14,621 bases of DNA from a candidate division WOR-3 bacterium (GCA_039801225.1 JBDRUH010000038.1:1-14621); one strand, 5' to 3'. Positions 1 through 8,284 are shown, counted from the stretch's first letter. The notes: a model not told the origin generated them from the letters alone. Made by a program: numbers and translations.

Positions 1-1
1 A

Positions 2-883
2 AATATCGTAGATGTAAGTGAATCTTTTGAGGAGGTTCTTTTGGAGCAGGTCATTATTATTTTTAAAAATGAAAAAAGCGATAATCGATACACTTTCACA
101 TCAGGGGAAGGGTGGGAGAAAGAGATAAAGAGAATAGGAATTATTTCAGCTACGAGGGCAGAAGAATTAAATCTGCTACCTATCTATATTGATAATTTCA
201 AAATGCAAATATTTATCAAGCTAAAAGCAGACTCTGTTTTATTAAAAGATATCTCAGAAACCTTCAGAGGATTACCTCTCCAAAAGAAGTGTTCCTCAGA
301 AGGGGGCACTCCATTATTACGAGGGGATAATATTGGTAAATACTTAATTTATGGCGAAGTGCCAAAAGCGCACTTAAGTAAAAATGACTACTCAAATAAT
401 AAAATTACCAAACTTATACAACCTAAAATAATTAGCCAAAATATCATAGCGCATGTAAAAACCCCATTTGATAGGATAATTATAATGGCAACTTATGATA
501 AAAAAGGATTTTTGACACTAGATACTGTAATGAATACGTTGATCACGGACTCAAATTATTGCTATGAATATATATTGGCAATTTTAAATTCAAAATTAGC
601 AGAGTGGTTCTATTACTGGTTTGTTTACAACAGGGCAGTAAGAACCATGCATTTCGATGAGTATTACATAGGAAAATTGCCAATAAAAATGATTGATAGA
701 AGCTCTCAAGAACCTTTTGTTTATCTTGTCTCCCAAATCCTTTCCATCACCCAATCAGACGATTACCTTTCAAACCCACGAAAGCAGGTAAAGGTAAAAG
801 AACTTGAAAAAGAGATTGATCAACTGGTTTATAAACTTTATGGTTTAACCGATGAAGAGATTAAGATAGTAGAAGGAGCCTAA
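2..883 (+). CDS. Type IIG / Eco57I-like restriction-modification N6-adenine methyltransferase, C-terminal part (TaqI-C-like target recognition domain); 5'-truncated by the window edge
   Basis: The frame is open back to base 2 (NIVDVSESFEEVLLEQ...), so TTG 41 is not the real start. Family-typical motifs: PLLRGDNIGKY, KIISQNI, YILAILNSKL, LPI and the terminal ELEKEIDQLVYKLYGLTDEEIKIVEG. AT-rich (hand count 361-480: 35/120 G+C). Confidence 0.85.
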   Translation, partial: NIVDVSESFEEVLLEQVIIIFKNEKSDNRYTFTSGEGWEKEIKRIGIISATRAEELNLLPIYIDNFKMQIFIKLKADSVLLKDISETFRGLPLQKKCSSEGGTPLLRGDNIGKYLIYGEVPKAHLSKNDYSNNKITKLIQPKIISQNIIAHVKTPFDRIIIMATYDKKGFLTLDTVMNTLITDSNYCYEYILAILNSKLAEWFYYWFVYNRAVRTMHFDEYYIGKLPIKMIDRSSQEPFVYLVSQILSITQSDDYLSNPRKQVKVKELEKEIDQLVYKLYGLTDEEIKIVEGA

Positions 884-1015
884 GTACCGGACCGCAAAGC
901 CCTTGATGAGGTTGTCTTTGATGCCCTCGGATTAACCGAAGAGGAGCGGAAAGAGGTCTACTGGGCAGTTGCCGAATTGGTTCACGCCCGCCTCACCAAA
1001 GCCAAAAGTGTGTAA
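884..1015 (+). pseudogene. Orphan 43-codon C-terminal remnant of a different Type IIG-like RM/methyltransferase protein
   Basis: Reads VPDRKALDEVVFDALGLTEEERKEVYWAVAELVHARLTKAKSV* in the same frame directly after TAA 881-883. It resembles the 'DR..LD..VF..LGLT.EE...VY..V..LV..RL.KA' tail I recognise from RM MTases. No SD/start. G+C 71/132. Confidence 0.7.
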
Positions 1016-1190
1016 ATTATAAATAAACGGCGGCACAATCCGAAACTTAGGAATCCGCCCTGAACAAAAATCAGGATAATTCCTCGTGTGGTAAAGAGGT
1101 GCTGGTGGTGAAGAAGGTTTAGTCAATCTTTAGTTCGTAGTCATACCAAAGTTCCGATTCGCCGGGTCTTCAGTAAAATTCGTGGTTATT

Positions 1191-1248
1191 TGTCGGGCGA
1201 GGCTTTAGCCTTGCTTTTTCATATGCAAACCTGAAGGTTTGCCCTACA
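1191..1248. repeat. Inverted doublet of GTAG-type REP-like palindromes (REPIN/BIME-like)
   Basis: + strand 1191-1214 tGTCGg-GCGAGGC-ttta-GCCTTGC. Minus strand 1248-1225 tGTAGg-GCAAACC-ttca-GGTTTGC (perfect 7-bp stem). The spacer is 10 nt. Confidence 0.7.
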
Positions 1249-1260
1249 AAGGAAAAACCT

Positions 1261-1314
1261 AAAACCTGAAGGTGATCGCTTCGCGACCTGCCTGAACAGT
1301 GCAGAGTGCCCTAC
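1261..1314 (-). repeat. REP-like unit interrupted by an internal hairpin-rich insert
   Basis: Minus strand reads GTAGGGCA-[ctctgcactgttcaggcaggtcgcgaagcgatc]-ACCTTCAGGTTT; both flanks match the REP at 1225-1248. Confidence 0.55.
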
Positions 1315-1365
1315 TTGCTGGGATAAACCCAATATGTCGCAAATGGATTTGAGTTATACAGAGAT

Positions 1366-1393
1366 TTGACAATTGCTTAAGATTTTCTAATAT
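1366..1393 (+). promoter_or_regulatory. Putative sigma70 promoter of the CoA-transferase/ACAD operon
   Basis: TTGACA (1366-1371), 16-nt spacer, TAATAT (1388-1393), in AT-rich intergenic DNA. Confidence 0.55.
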
Positions 1394-1452
1394 CTACCAG
1401 CATTAAAAACAGTTTAAAATTCATTTTTTCAACAGAATAAATGGAGGCAATT

Positions 1453-2424
1453 ATGAGAGTAATTGAGAGTGGTAGCGGTGAATTGTTTCAGCCCCCAGAC
1501 CCGGATGGATTTCGGGAATGGGTGCATAAAAATAAGCCTACCCGGATGGTTCCGAAGGTGATGAGCGAAGAGGAGGCGGTCAGCCGGTTTGTTAAGGATG
1601 GCGATTACCTCGGCACCGAACTTTATGGCACGGTGAGGGCACCGATGTCTATAGTCCGGGAGATTATCCGCCAGGGAAAGAAACACCTTCGGGTCGCGGG
1701 GCAGGGGGTTCATGAACTTGACCTGCTTTTAGCCGCTGATTTGGTGGACACGCTGGATATTACCTATATTGGCTGGGAGGTTTACGGCATTTCCCATATT
1801 CTGCGCCGGGCGGTGGAGTCGGGGCGGGTGAAGACCACCGAGTGGTCCAATGCCGGCATCTCCTGGCGGTTTAAGGCGGCGGCGATGGGGGTTCCTTTTC
1901 TGCCGGTTCGCTCAATGCTGGGCACTGATACCTTTAAATACTCGGCGGCTAAGGTGGTTGAAGACCCCTGGACACATAAACCGGTCTGTCTTTTGCCGGC
2001 GCTTTATCTGGATGTGGGAATTATTCATGTGCATCAGGCGGATGAGTTTGGTAACTGTCGGATTGAGGGCATTTCCGGTTTTGCCTTTGAACTTGCCCGG
2101 GCTAGTAAGCGGCTTATTGTTTCTACTGAGGAGATTATTCCCAATGAGGAGATTAGGCGCTATCCAGAACGCACCATAATTCCTTATTATCTGGTGGATG
2201 CGGTGGTGGAGGCGAAATATGGTTCTCACCCGGGTGAGATGTGTTATCGTTACTGGCGGGATGAGGAGCATCTGAGCCAGTTTTATAAGGATTCGGCCGA
2301 CCCGGTAAAGACCAGGGCGTATCTGGATAAATGGGTTTATGGCTGTAAGAACCATTATGAGTATGTGAAATTGGTCGGCGAAGAAAGACTAAAGGGTTTG
2401 GAAAGAATGATTGGAGGTCGCTGA
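1453..2424 (+). CDS. gctA: Family I CoA-transferase subunit alpha (glutaconate CoA-transferase GctA-like)
   Basis: Motifs MSEEEAVSRFVKDGD, RAPMSIVREIIRQG, AAAMGVPFLP, IIHVHQADEFGN and VVEAKYGSHP. Start placed at ATG 1453 because GGAGG (1443-1447) precedes it; the ORF track uses 1441. Substrate is not certain. Confidence 0.85.
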   Translation: MRVIESGSGELFQPPDPDGFREWVHKNKPTRMVPKVMSEEEAVSRFVKDGDYLGTELYGTVRAPMSIVREIIRQGKKHLRVAGQGVHELDLLLAADLVDTLDITYIGWEVYGISHILRRAVESGRVKTTEWSNAGISWRFKAAAMGVPFLPVRSMLGTDTFKYSAAKVVEDPWTHKPVCLLPALYLDVGIIHVHQADEFGNCRIEGISGFAFELARASKRLIVSTEEIIPNEEIRRYPERTIIPYYLVDAVVEAKYGSHPGEMCYRYWRDEEHLSQFYKDSADPVKTRAYLDKWVYGCKNHYEYVKLVGEERLKGLERMIGGR

Positions 2425-3191
2425 TGGAGAAAAAGTATAATGAGGTGGAGTTTCTCATCTGTCTTGCGGCTAGTTTGATGGAGGACGGGACAACCGCATT
2501 TATTGGCACCGGTATTCCGATGCTTGCCGCCGCACTGGCAAAAAGGACCCATGCGCCGAATCTGGTGGCGGTTTTTGAGTTTGGTGGCACCGGACCATCG
2601 CTGGAGCGGTTGCCGTTGGCGGTGGGTGACTCCAGGACCTGTTACCACGGTGTTGCCGCCTCTGGAATTTGTGACATTATGGAAACCGCCCAGCGCGGTT
2701 TTATTGAGTATGGTTTTCTGGGTGCGGCTCAAATTGATATGTATGGCAATCTTAATACCACGGTTATCGGGCAATACTGGCCGCCGAAGGTGCGCCTGCC
2801 CGGTTCGGGTGGCGCCAATGATGTTGGTTCTCACTGCTGGAAAAACATCATCATTATGCGTCAGCATGACCCAAAGCGGTTTGTTCCCAAACTGGATTTT
2901 CTTACGACGCCGGGTTACCTTACTGGTCCGGGCGCGCGCGAGAAGGTCGGTTTGCCGCCCAACACCGGTCCCTATCGGGTGGTGACCAACCTGGCTCTAT
3001 TAGATTTTGAGCCGGAATCAAAACGGATGCGGCTTATCGGTCTTAATCCCGGAGTAACGGTGGAAGATGTGCTCAAGAACACCGGGTTTGAATTGCTGGT
3101 TGCCGAGAGGGTGGTTAGTAACCCGGAACCTACCGAACACCAACTTCGCCTCCTCCGGGAGGAGATTGATAAAGACCACTACTACATCTGA
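2424..3191 (+). CDS. gctB: Family I CoA-transferase subunit beta (GctB-like)
   Basis: FIGTGIP, candidate catalytic Glu in VFEFGG, GFLGAAQIDMYGNLN, RLPGSGGAND. TGATG overlap with the alpha gene and SD GGAGG at 2413-2417. Confidence 0.85.
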   Translation: MEKKYNEVEFLICLAASLMEDGTTAFIGTGIPMLAAALAKRTHAPNLVAVFEFGGTGPSLERLPLAVGDSRTCYHGVAASGICDIMETAQRGFIEYGFLGAAQIDMYGNLNTTVIGQYWPPKVRLPGSGGANDVGSHCWKNIIIMRQHDPKRFVPKLDFLTTPGYLTGPGAREKVGLPPNTGPYRVVTNLALLDFEPESKRMRLIGLNPGVTVEDVLKNTGFELLVAERVVSNPEPTEHQLRLLREEIDKDHYYI

Positions 3192-3199
3192 GTCTGGAG

Positions 3200-4333
3200 G
3201 TGAACTTGGTAATATCGGCTTTGCATAAGAAGTTTCAGGAGGAGGTGCGGAATTTTGCCCAGGAGGTGATTGCGCCCCGGGCAAAGGAATATGACCGTTC
3301 CGGAAAGTTTGTTCTGGAAAATGTTTCGGCAATGGCGGAGAGGGGCTATCTGGGTATCCCCTGGCCAAAGGAACTGGGTGGTATGGGGCTGGACCACCTT
3401 GCCTATGCCATCGCGGTGGAGGAGATCAGCCGGGTCTGCGCGGCAACCGGTCTCACCCTGGCTGCCCATACCTCTTTGGGCACCTATCCGATTTATAAAT
3501 TCGGCACTGAAGAGCAGAAGAAAAGGTTTATTCCGCCCCTGGCCCGCGGTGAATACCTTGGTGCCTTCGGTCTAACCGAGCCCAATGCCGGCAGTGATGC
3601 GGCCGGGATTGAAACCAGCGCCCGGAAAACAGAAAGGGGTTATATCCTTAACGGCTCAAAAAGGTTTATCACCAATGCCGGTTTTGCCGGAACCGTAATC
3701 GTTGCTGCTACATTAGACAGAAAACTGGGAAGGAAAGGGGTAACCTGTTTCGTTGTGGAGACAAAGTCTAAGGGGTTTACGGTGGCAAAGGAGGAGAACA
3801 AGTTAGGGCTGTGTGGTTCCAATACGGTGGAACTGGCATTTGAGGAACTTTTTGTGCCGAAGGAGAACCTGTTAGGGCAGGAGTATGACGGCTACCGGAT
3901 ATTTATGGAGACGCTGGATGGGGGCAGGATTTCCATTGGTGCCTTTTGTTTGGGAATGGCGCAGGCGGCACTGGACAGTCTTGTCTGGTGGGCAAAAGGG
4001 CGTTCGTTTTCTCAAGGGATCGCCAAGGCGCTTGCCAATATTGCCACCGAAGTTGCTGCGGCGAGGCTTTTGGTCTATGATGCGGCGATGACCAAGGACG
4101 CCGGCATTCGGGCGGATAAGGAGTGTGCCTTTGCCAAACTTTTCGCCTCCGAGGTGGCGGTGCGGGCGGTTGGAACCGCCATCAGCACAATAGGTGAGAT
4201 TGCCCTCACCGATGAACTGCCCCTCGCCCGGGTTTATCGGGATGCCAAGTTGGGCGAAATCGGTGAAGGCACCTCAGAGATAATGCGTTTGATAATTGCT
4301 AAGGAAGTTTTAAAGGAGACACAAGGAGGATAA
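3200..4333 (+). CDS. Acyl-CoA dehydrogenase family protein (divergent in inter-subunit FAD-binding motifs)
   Basis: GAFGLTEPNAGSD, LNGSKRFITN, LDGGRISIG, YRDAKLGEIGEGTSEI. The real start may be the in-frame TTG 3206, since GGAGG (3196-3200) overlaps GTG 3200. Confidence 0.92.
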   Translation: MNLVISALHKKFQEEVRNFAQEVIAPRAKEYDRSGKFVLENVSAMAERGYLGIPWPKELGGMGLDHLAYAIAVEEISRVCAATGLTLAAHTSLGTYPIYKFGTEEQKKRFIPPLARGEYLGAFGLTEPNAGSDAAGIETSARKTERGYILNGSKRFITNAGFAGTVIVAATLDRKLGRKGVTCFVVETKSKGFTVAKEENKLGLCGSNTVELAFEELFVPKENLLGQEYDGYRIFMETLDGGRISIGAFCLGMAQAALDSLVWWAKGRSFSQGIAKALANIATEVAAARLLVYDAAMTKDAGIRADKECAFAKLFASEVAVRAVGTAISTIGEIALTDELPLARVYRDAKLGEIGEGTSEIMRLIIAKEVLKETQGG

Positions 4334-4334
4334 A

Positions 4335-5477
4335 ATGGATTTCAATTTTACTGAAGAGCAGATAATGCTGAAGAATATGGCCCGGGACTTTGCCACAAAG
4401 GAACTGGAACCGAAGGCAGCAGCGATTGATGCCTCGGGTGAATTTCCCACTGAGACAGTAAAGAAACTTGCCGAACTCGGGTTGTTGAGTATGACCATTC
4501 CGGAGAAGTATGGTGGTGCCCAGTTTGATTTTGTCTCGGTTGCCATTGCCATTGAGGAACTTTCCCGAGGGTGCGGTTCCACCGGCGTGATTACCGCGGT
4601 GCATAACACCCTGGTCGCCTGGCCGATTGTCAACTGGGGAACTGAGGAGCAGAAGGAGAGATACCTTCCCCGGATGGCGAGTGGCGAACTTTTAGGTGCC
4701 TTTGGCTTGACCGAAGCCAATGCCGGTAGTGACCCGGCGTCAATGGAGACGAAGGCGGTTTTGAAAGGTGATAAGTATATCCTCAATGGCTCAAAAAGGT
4801 TTATCACCAATGCCGGGGCGGCAGGTGTTTTTTTGGTCTTTGCCAAAACCGCACCGGAACTGGGTAGCAAAGGGGTGAGCGCATTCATCGTTGAGCGGAG
4901 TTTTCCTGGTTTCTCCTTAGGTAAGCATGAGGACCTTCTCGGGTTGCGCGCCACCGCTAACTGCGAACTCATCTTTGAGGATTGTGAAGTTCCTAAGGAG
5001 AATCTTCTGGGCGAAGTCAACGCCGGGTTCAAGGTTGCCTTAGGAACGCTTGATGTCTCAAGGATTGACATCGGCGCTCAGGCGACCGGTATCGCTCAGG
5101 CGGCACTGGATAAGGCGCTTTCTTACTCCAAGGAGCGCAAGCAGTTTGGCAGACCAATCTGTGAGTTTGAGATGATTCAGGATAAACTTGCCGAGATGGC
5201 AACAAAGATTACCGCCGCCCGGCTCTTGGTCTATTATGCTGCCGCTATGAAGGATGCGGGTAAACCCCGGTTTAGTCAGGAGGCGGCGATGGCGAAACTG
5301 TTTGCGGCGACAACAGCGGTTGAAGTAACCCGCGAGGCGGTGCAGATACTGGGTGGCTACGGTTACACCAAGGAGTATCCGGTGGAACGCCACTACCGGG
5401 ATGCAAAATGTATGGAGATTTACGAAGGGACCTCAGAAATTCAGAAGATCGTCATCGCCCGGAACCTGCTCGCCTAA
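4335..5477 (+). CDS. Acyl-CoA dehydrogenase (butyryl-CoA/short-chain type)
   Basis: GAFGLTEANAGSD, LNGSKRFITN, ERKQFGRPI, QILGGYGY, YRDAKCMEIYEGTSEIQ. SD GGAGG lies just upstream. Confidence 0.95.
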   Translation: MDFNFTEEQIMLKNMARDFATKELEPKAAAIDASGEFPTETVKKLAELGLLSMTIPEKYGGAQFDFVSVAIAIEELSRGCGSTGVITAVHNTLVAWPIVNWGTEEQKERYLPRMASGELLGAFGLTEANAGSDPASMETKAVLKGDKYILNGSKRFITNAGAAGVFLVFAKTAPELGSKGVSAFIVERSFPGFSLGKHEDLLGLRATANCELIFEDCEVPKENLLGEVNAGFKVALGTLDVSRIDIGAQATGIAQAALDKALSYSKERKQFGRPICEFEMIQDKLAEMATKITAARLLVYYAAAMKDAGKPRFSQEAAMAKLFAATTAVEVTREAVQILGGYGYTKEYPVERHYRDAKCMEIYEGTSEIQKIVIARNLLA

Positions 5478-5518
5478 CATTAGGCAACATCCGGTAAAGA
5501 GCGAGTTAAAAATAATAG

Positions 5519-5546
5519 TTGACCGTAAGTAAAGATGTGGTATACT
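5519..5546 (+). promoter_or_regulatory. Putative sigma70 promoter (extended -10) of fbp
   Basis: TTGACC (5519-5524), 16-nt spacer ending TGTGG, TATACT (5541-5546). SD AGGAGG at 5561-5566. Confidence 0.7.
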
Positions 5547-5570
5547 CTGTGAATTAAAACAGGAGGAAAA

Positions 5571-6668
5571 ATGGATAAAAAAATAACGCTTTCGGTAATA
5601 AAGGCGGATATTGGCGGTTATGTCGGTCATTCTGCCAGTCATCCGGATATTCTCGCCCGGGCGGGTGAACTCTTAGCCCAGGCGAAAACCCAGGGAAAGT
5701 TGCTTGATTTTTATGTTACCAGTTGTGGTGACGACCTGGAACTGATAATGACTCACACCCGGGGCAATGACTGTGAAGAGATTCATAAACTTGCCTGGGA
5801 TACATTTATGGAGTGCACCAAACTTGCCCGGGATTTGAAACTCTATGGTGCCGGTCAGGATATGCTTGCCGACGCCTTTTCCGGTAATGTCAAGGGTATG
5901 GGACCGGGTGTGGCGGAAATGAGTTTTGTTGAGCGGAAGTCTGAGCCGGTGGTGGTATTCTGTGGTGATAAATGTGCTCCTGGTGCCTGGAATTTGCCCT
6001 TATTTCGGATTTTTGCCGACCCGTTCAATACCATTGGTTTGGTGATTGACCCTTCAATGCACGATGGATTTAAATTTGAGGTGCACGATGTGTTTGAGGG
6101 TAAGGACATTGTCCTTTCCTGTCCTGAGGAGATGTATGACCTGTTAGTTCTGATTGGCTCGCCGGAGAATTATGTGATAAAGAATGTTTACAAGAAGGAC
6201 GGCGAGATTGCCGCCACCAGTTCCACCCAGAAACTGGCGCTGATTGCTGGAAGGTATGTTGGTAAGGATGACCCGGTGATGATGGTCCGTTGCCAGTCGG
6301 GATTTCCGGCGGTGGGGGAGGTTTTGGAGGCGTTTGCGTTTCCCCACCTGGTTTCGGGCTGGATGCGGGGTTCTCATTATGGGCCGCTGATGCCGGTTGC
6401 CCAAAGGCAGGCGACACCATCAAGGTTTGATGGACCGCCCCGGGTGATTGCCCTGGGGTTTCAATTGAGTAACGGCAAACTAATAGGACCGCGGGATATG
6501 TTTGATGACCCAGGGTTTGACCATGCACGGAAAGCGGCGAATAAAATCGCCGATATGATGCGCCGGCATGGTCCGTTTGAGCCGCATCGGCTTGGTCTAA
6601 AAGAGATGGAGTATACCACCCTGCCCCAGGTCCTGGAAAAACTCTTAAAAAAGGAAGGCAAGAAATAA
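5571..6668 (+). CDS. fbp: Fructose-1,6-bisphosphate aldolase/phosphatase (class V FBPase)
   Basis: TLSVIKADIGG..GH, CGDDLEL, LYGAGQD, FSGNVKGMGPG, Schiff-base loop GRYVGKDDP, GWMRGSH, RFDGPPRV, EMEYTTL. Confidence 0.97.
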   Translation: MDKKITLSVIKADIGGYVGHSASHPDILARAGELLAQAKTQGKLLDFYVTSCGDDLELIMTHTRGNDCEEIHKLAWDTFMECTKLARDLKLYGAGQDMLADAFSGNVKGMGPGVAEMSFVERKSEPVVVFCGDKCAPGAWNLPLFRIFADPFNTIGLVIDPSMHDGFKFEVHDVFEGKDIVLSCPEEMYDLLVLIGSPENYVIKNVYKKDGEIAATSSTQKLALIAGRYVGKDDPVMMVRCQSGFPAVGEVLEAFAFPHLVSGWMRGSHYGPLMPVAQRQATPSRFDGPPRVIALGFQLSNGKLIGPRDMFDDPGFDHARKAANKIADMMRRHGPFEPHRLGLKEMEYTTLPQVLEKLLKKEGKK

Positions 6669-6671
6669 CCC

Positions 6672-6731
6672 TCTGGAGGTAAACCTAAAAGTAGTGGCTT
6701 TGCCATCTGCCAAGGCAGAGCCTCCTCCAGA
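6672..6731. other. Nested stem-loop in the fbp-moxR intergenic region
   Basis: Outer stem TCTGGAGG 6672-6679 / CCTCCAGA 6724-6731 (8 bp perfect). Inner stem GGCTTTGCC 6696-6704 / GGCAGAGCC 6714-6722 (9 bp, one G-U). No U-tract on the + strand. Confidence 0.45.
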
Positions 6732-6766
6732 AAGTTGGTGTTGAGTCCGGGCGGAGAAGGAGAAGA

Positions 6767-7773
<1,007 letters not shown>

Positions 7774-7777
<4 letters not shown>

Positions 7778-8223
7778 AAAGGCTTGGTTTTGTTCCCATT
7801 GCCACCCTCAAGAACGGAGACAATGTATTTACTTTAGAGGGTGAACCGCAGGATTTTGGTTGTGAAGTTCGGGAGGTGCGGGAGAACCCTTCTTTTCGGG
7901 CGCTGGGTGGCAAAATAAGTGTGCGGATGGTGATTACCCGCAGTGGACAACGATTTCTCCTGAGAGGGATGGTTTTCTTTCAGGCAAATTTGACCTGCGC
8001 GATATGCGGGGAGGAATACCAACAGAATTTTGCTGAAGAGATGGTGGCCGAGTTTACCAGTTTGGAAAAAAGAGATTTGAGCGCGGTCCGGGAGTTGGAG
8101 CCGGAGGAGTTAGACCGGGTGCCGATAGATTCGGATTTCATTGACCTGACGGCGATGGTGCGGGATGCGATTCATCTGGCGATACCGATTGCGCCGAAAT
8201 GTCGGGAAAACTGTGGTGAGTAA
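7774..8223 (+). CDS. yceD: DUF177/YceD family protein (C-terminally short)
   Basis: LTCAICGEE (CxxC) and IDLTAMVRDAIHLAIPIAPKCRENC. ATGA overlap with moxR. Confidence 0.8.
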
Positions 8224-8242
8224 TATTGGCGGTAGGTTCTCC

Positions 8243-8270
8243 TTGACTATTGGGTTGGTATGGTAATAAT
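8243..8270 (+). promoter_or_regulatory. Possible sigma70 promoter for the 8285 ORF
   Basis: TTGACT (8243-8248), 16-nt spacer, AATAAT (8265-8270). No SD before ATG 8285. Confidence 0.4.
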
Positions 8271-8284
8271 CTGTCGATAAATTG

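Noticed and set aside
881..883. Programmed read-through or recoding of the TAA joining the two RM segments
   Set aside because: TAA terminates many other genes here, the upstream protein already ends in a complete family-typical tail, and no recoding signal is visible.
932..1126. 64-aa minus-strand ORF
   Set aside because: No recognisable motif; it is antisense to the more convincing RM-tail remnant.
1119..1190. Minus-strand fragment NNHEFY*RPGESELWYDYELKID* next to the REP cluster (possible gene remnant)
   Set aside because: Too short, interrupted by a stop, and I cannot assign it to any family.
1429..3575. Overlapping alternative-frame and antisense ORFs within the CoA-transferase and ACAD1 genes (e.g. 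1850-2179, 1912-2355, 2355-2867, 2503-2985)
   Set aside because: Shadow ORFs of well-conserved genes, with no motifs or RBS.
4310..5071. 253-aa antisense ORF
   Set aside because: Mirror frame of ACAD2; Ser/Pro/Ala-rich composition typical of antisense shadows.
5472..5485. GCCTAA-ca-TTAGGC hairpin at the ACAD2 stop as a terminator
   Set aside because: Short, weak stem and no U-tract.
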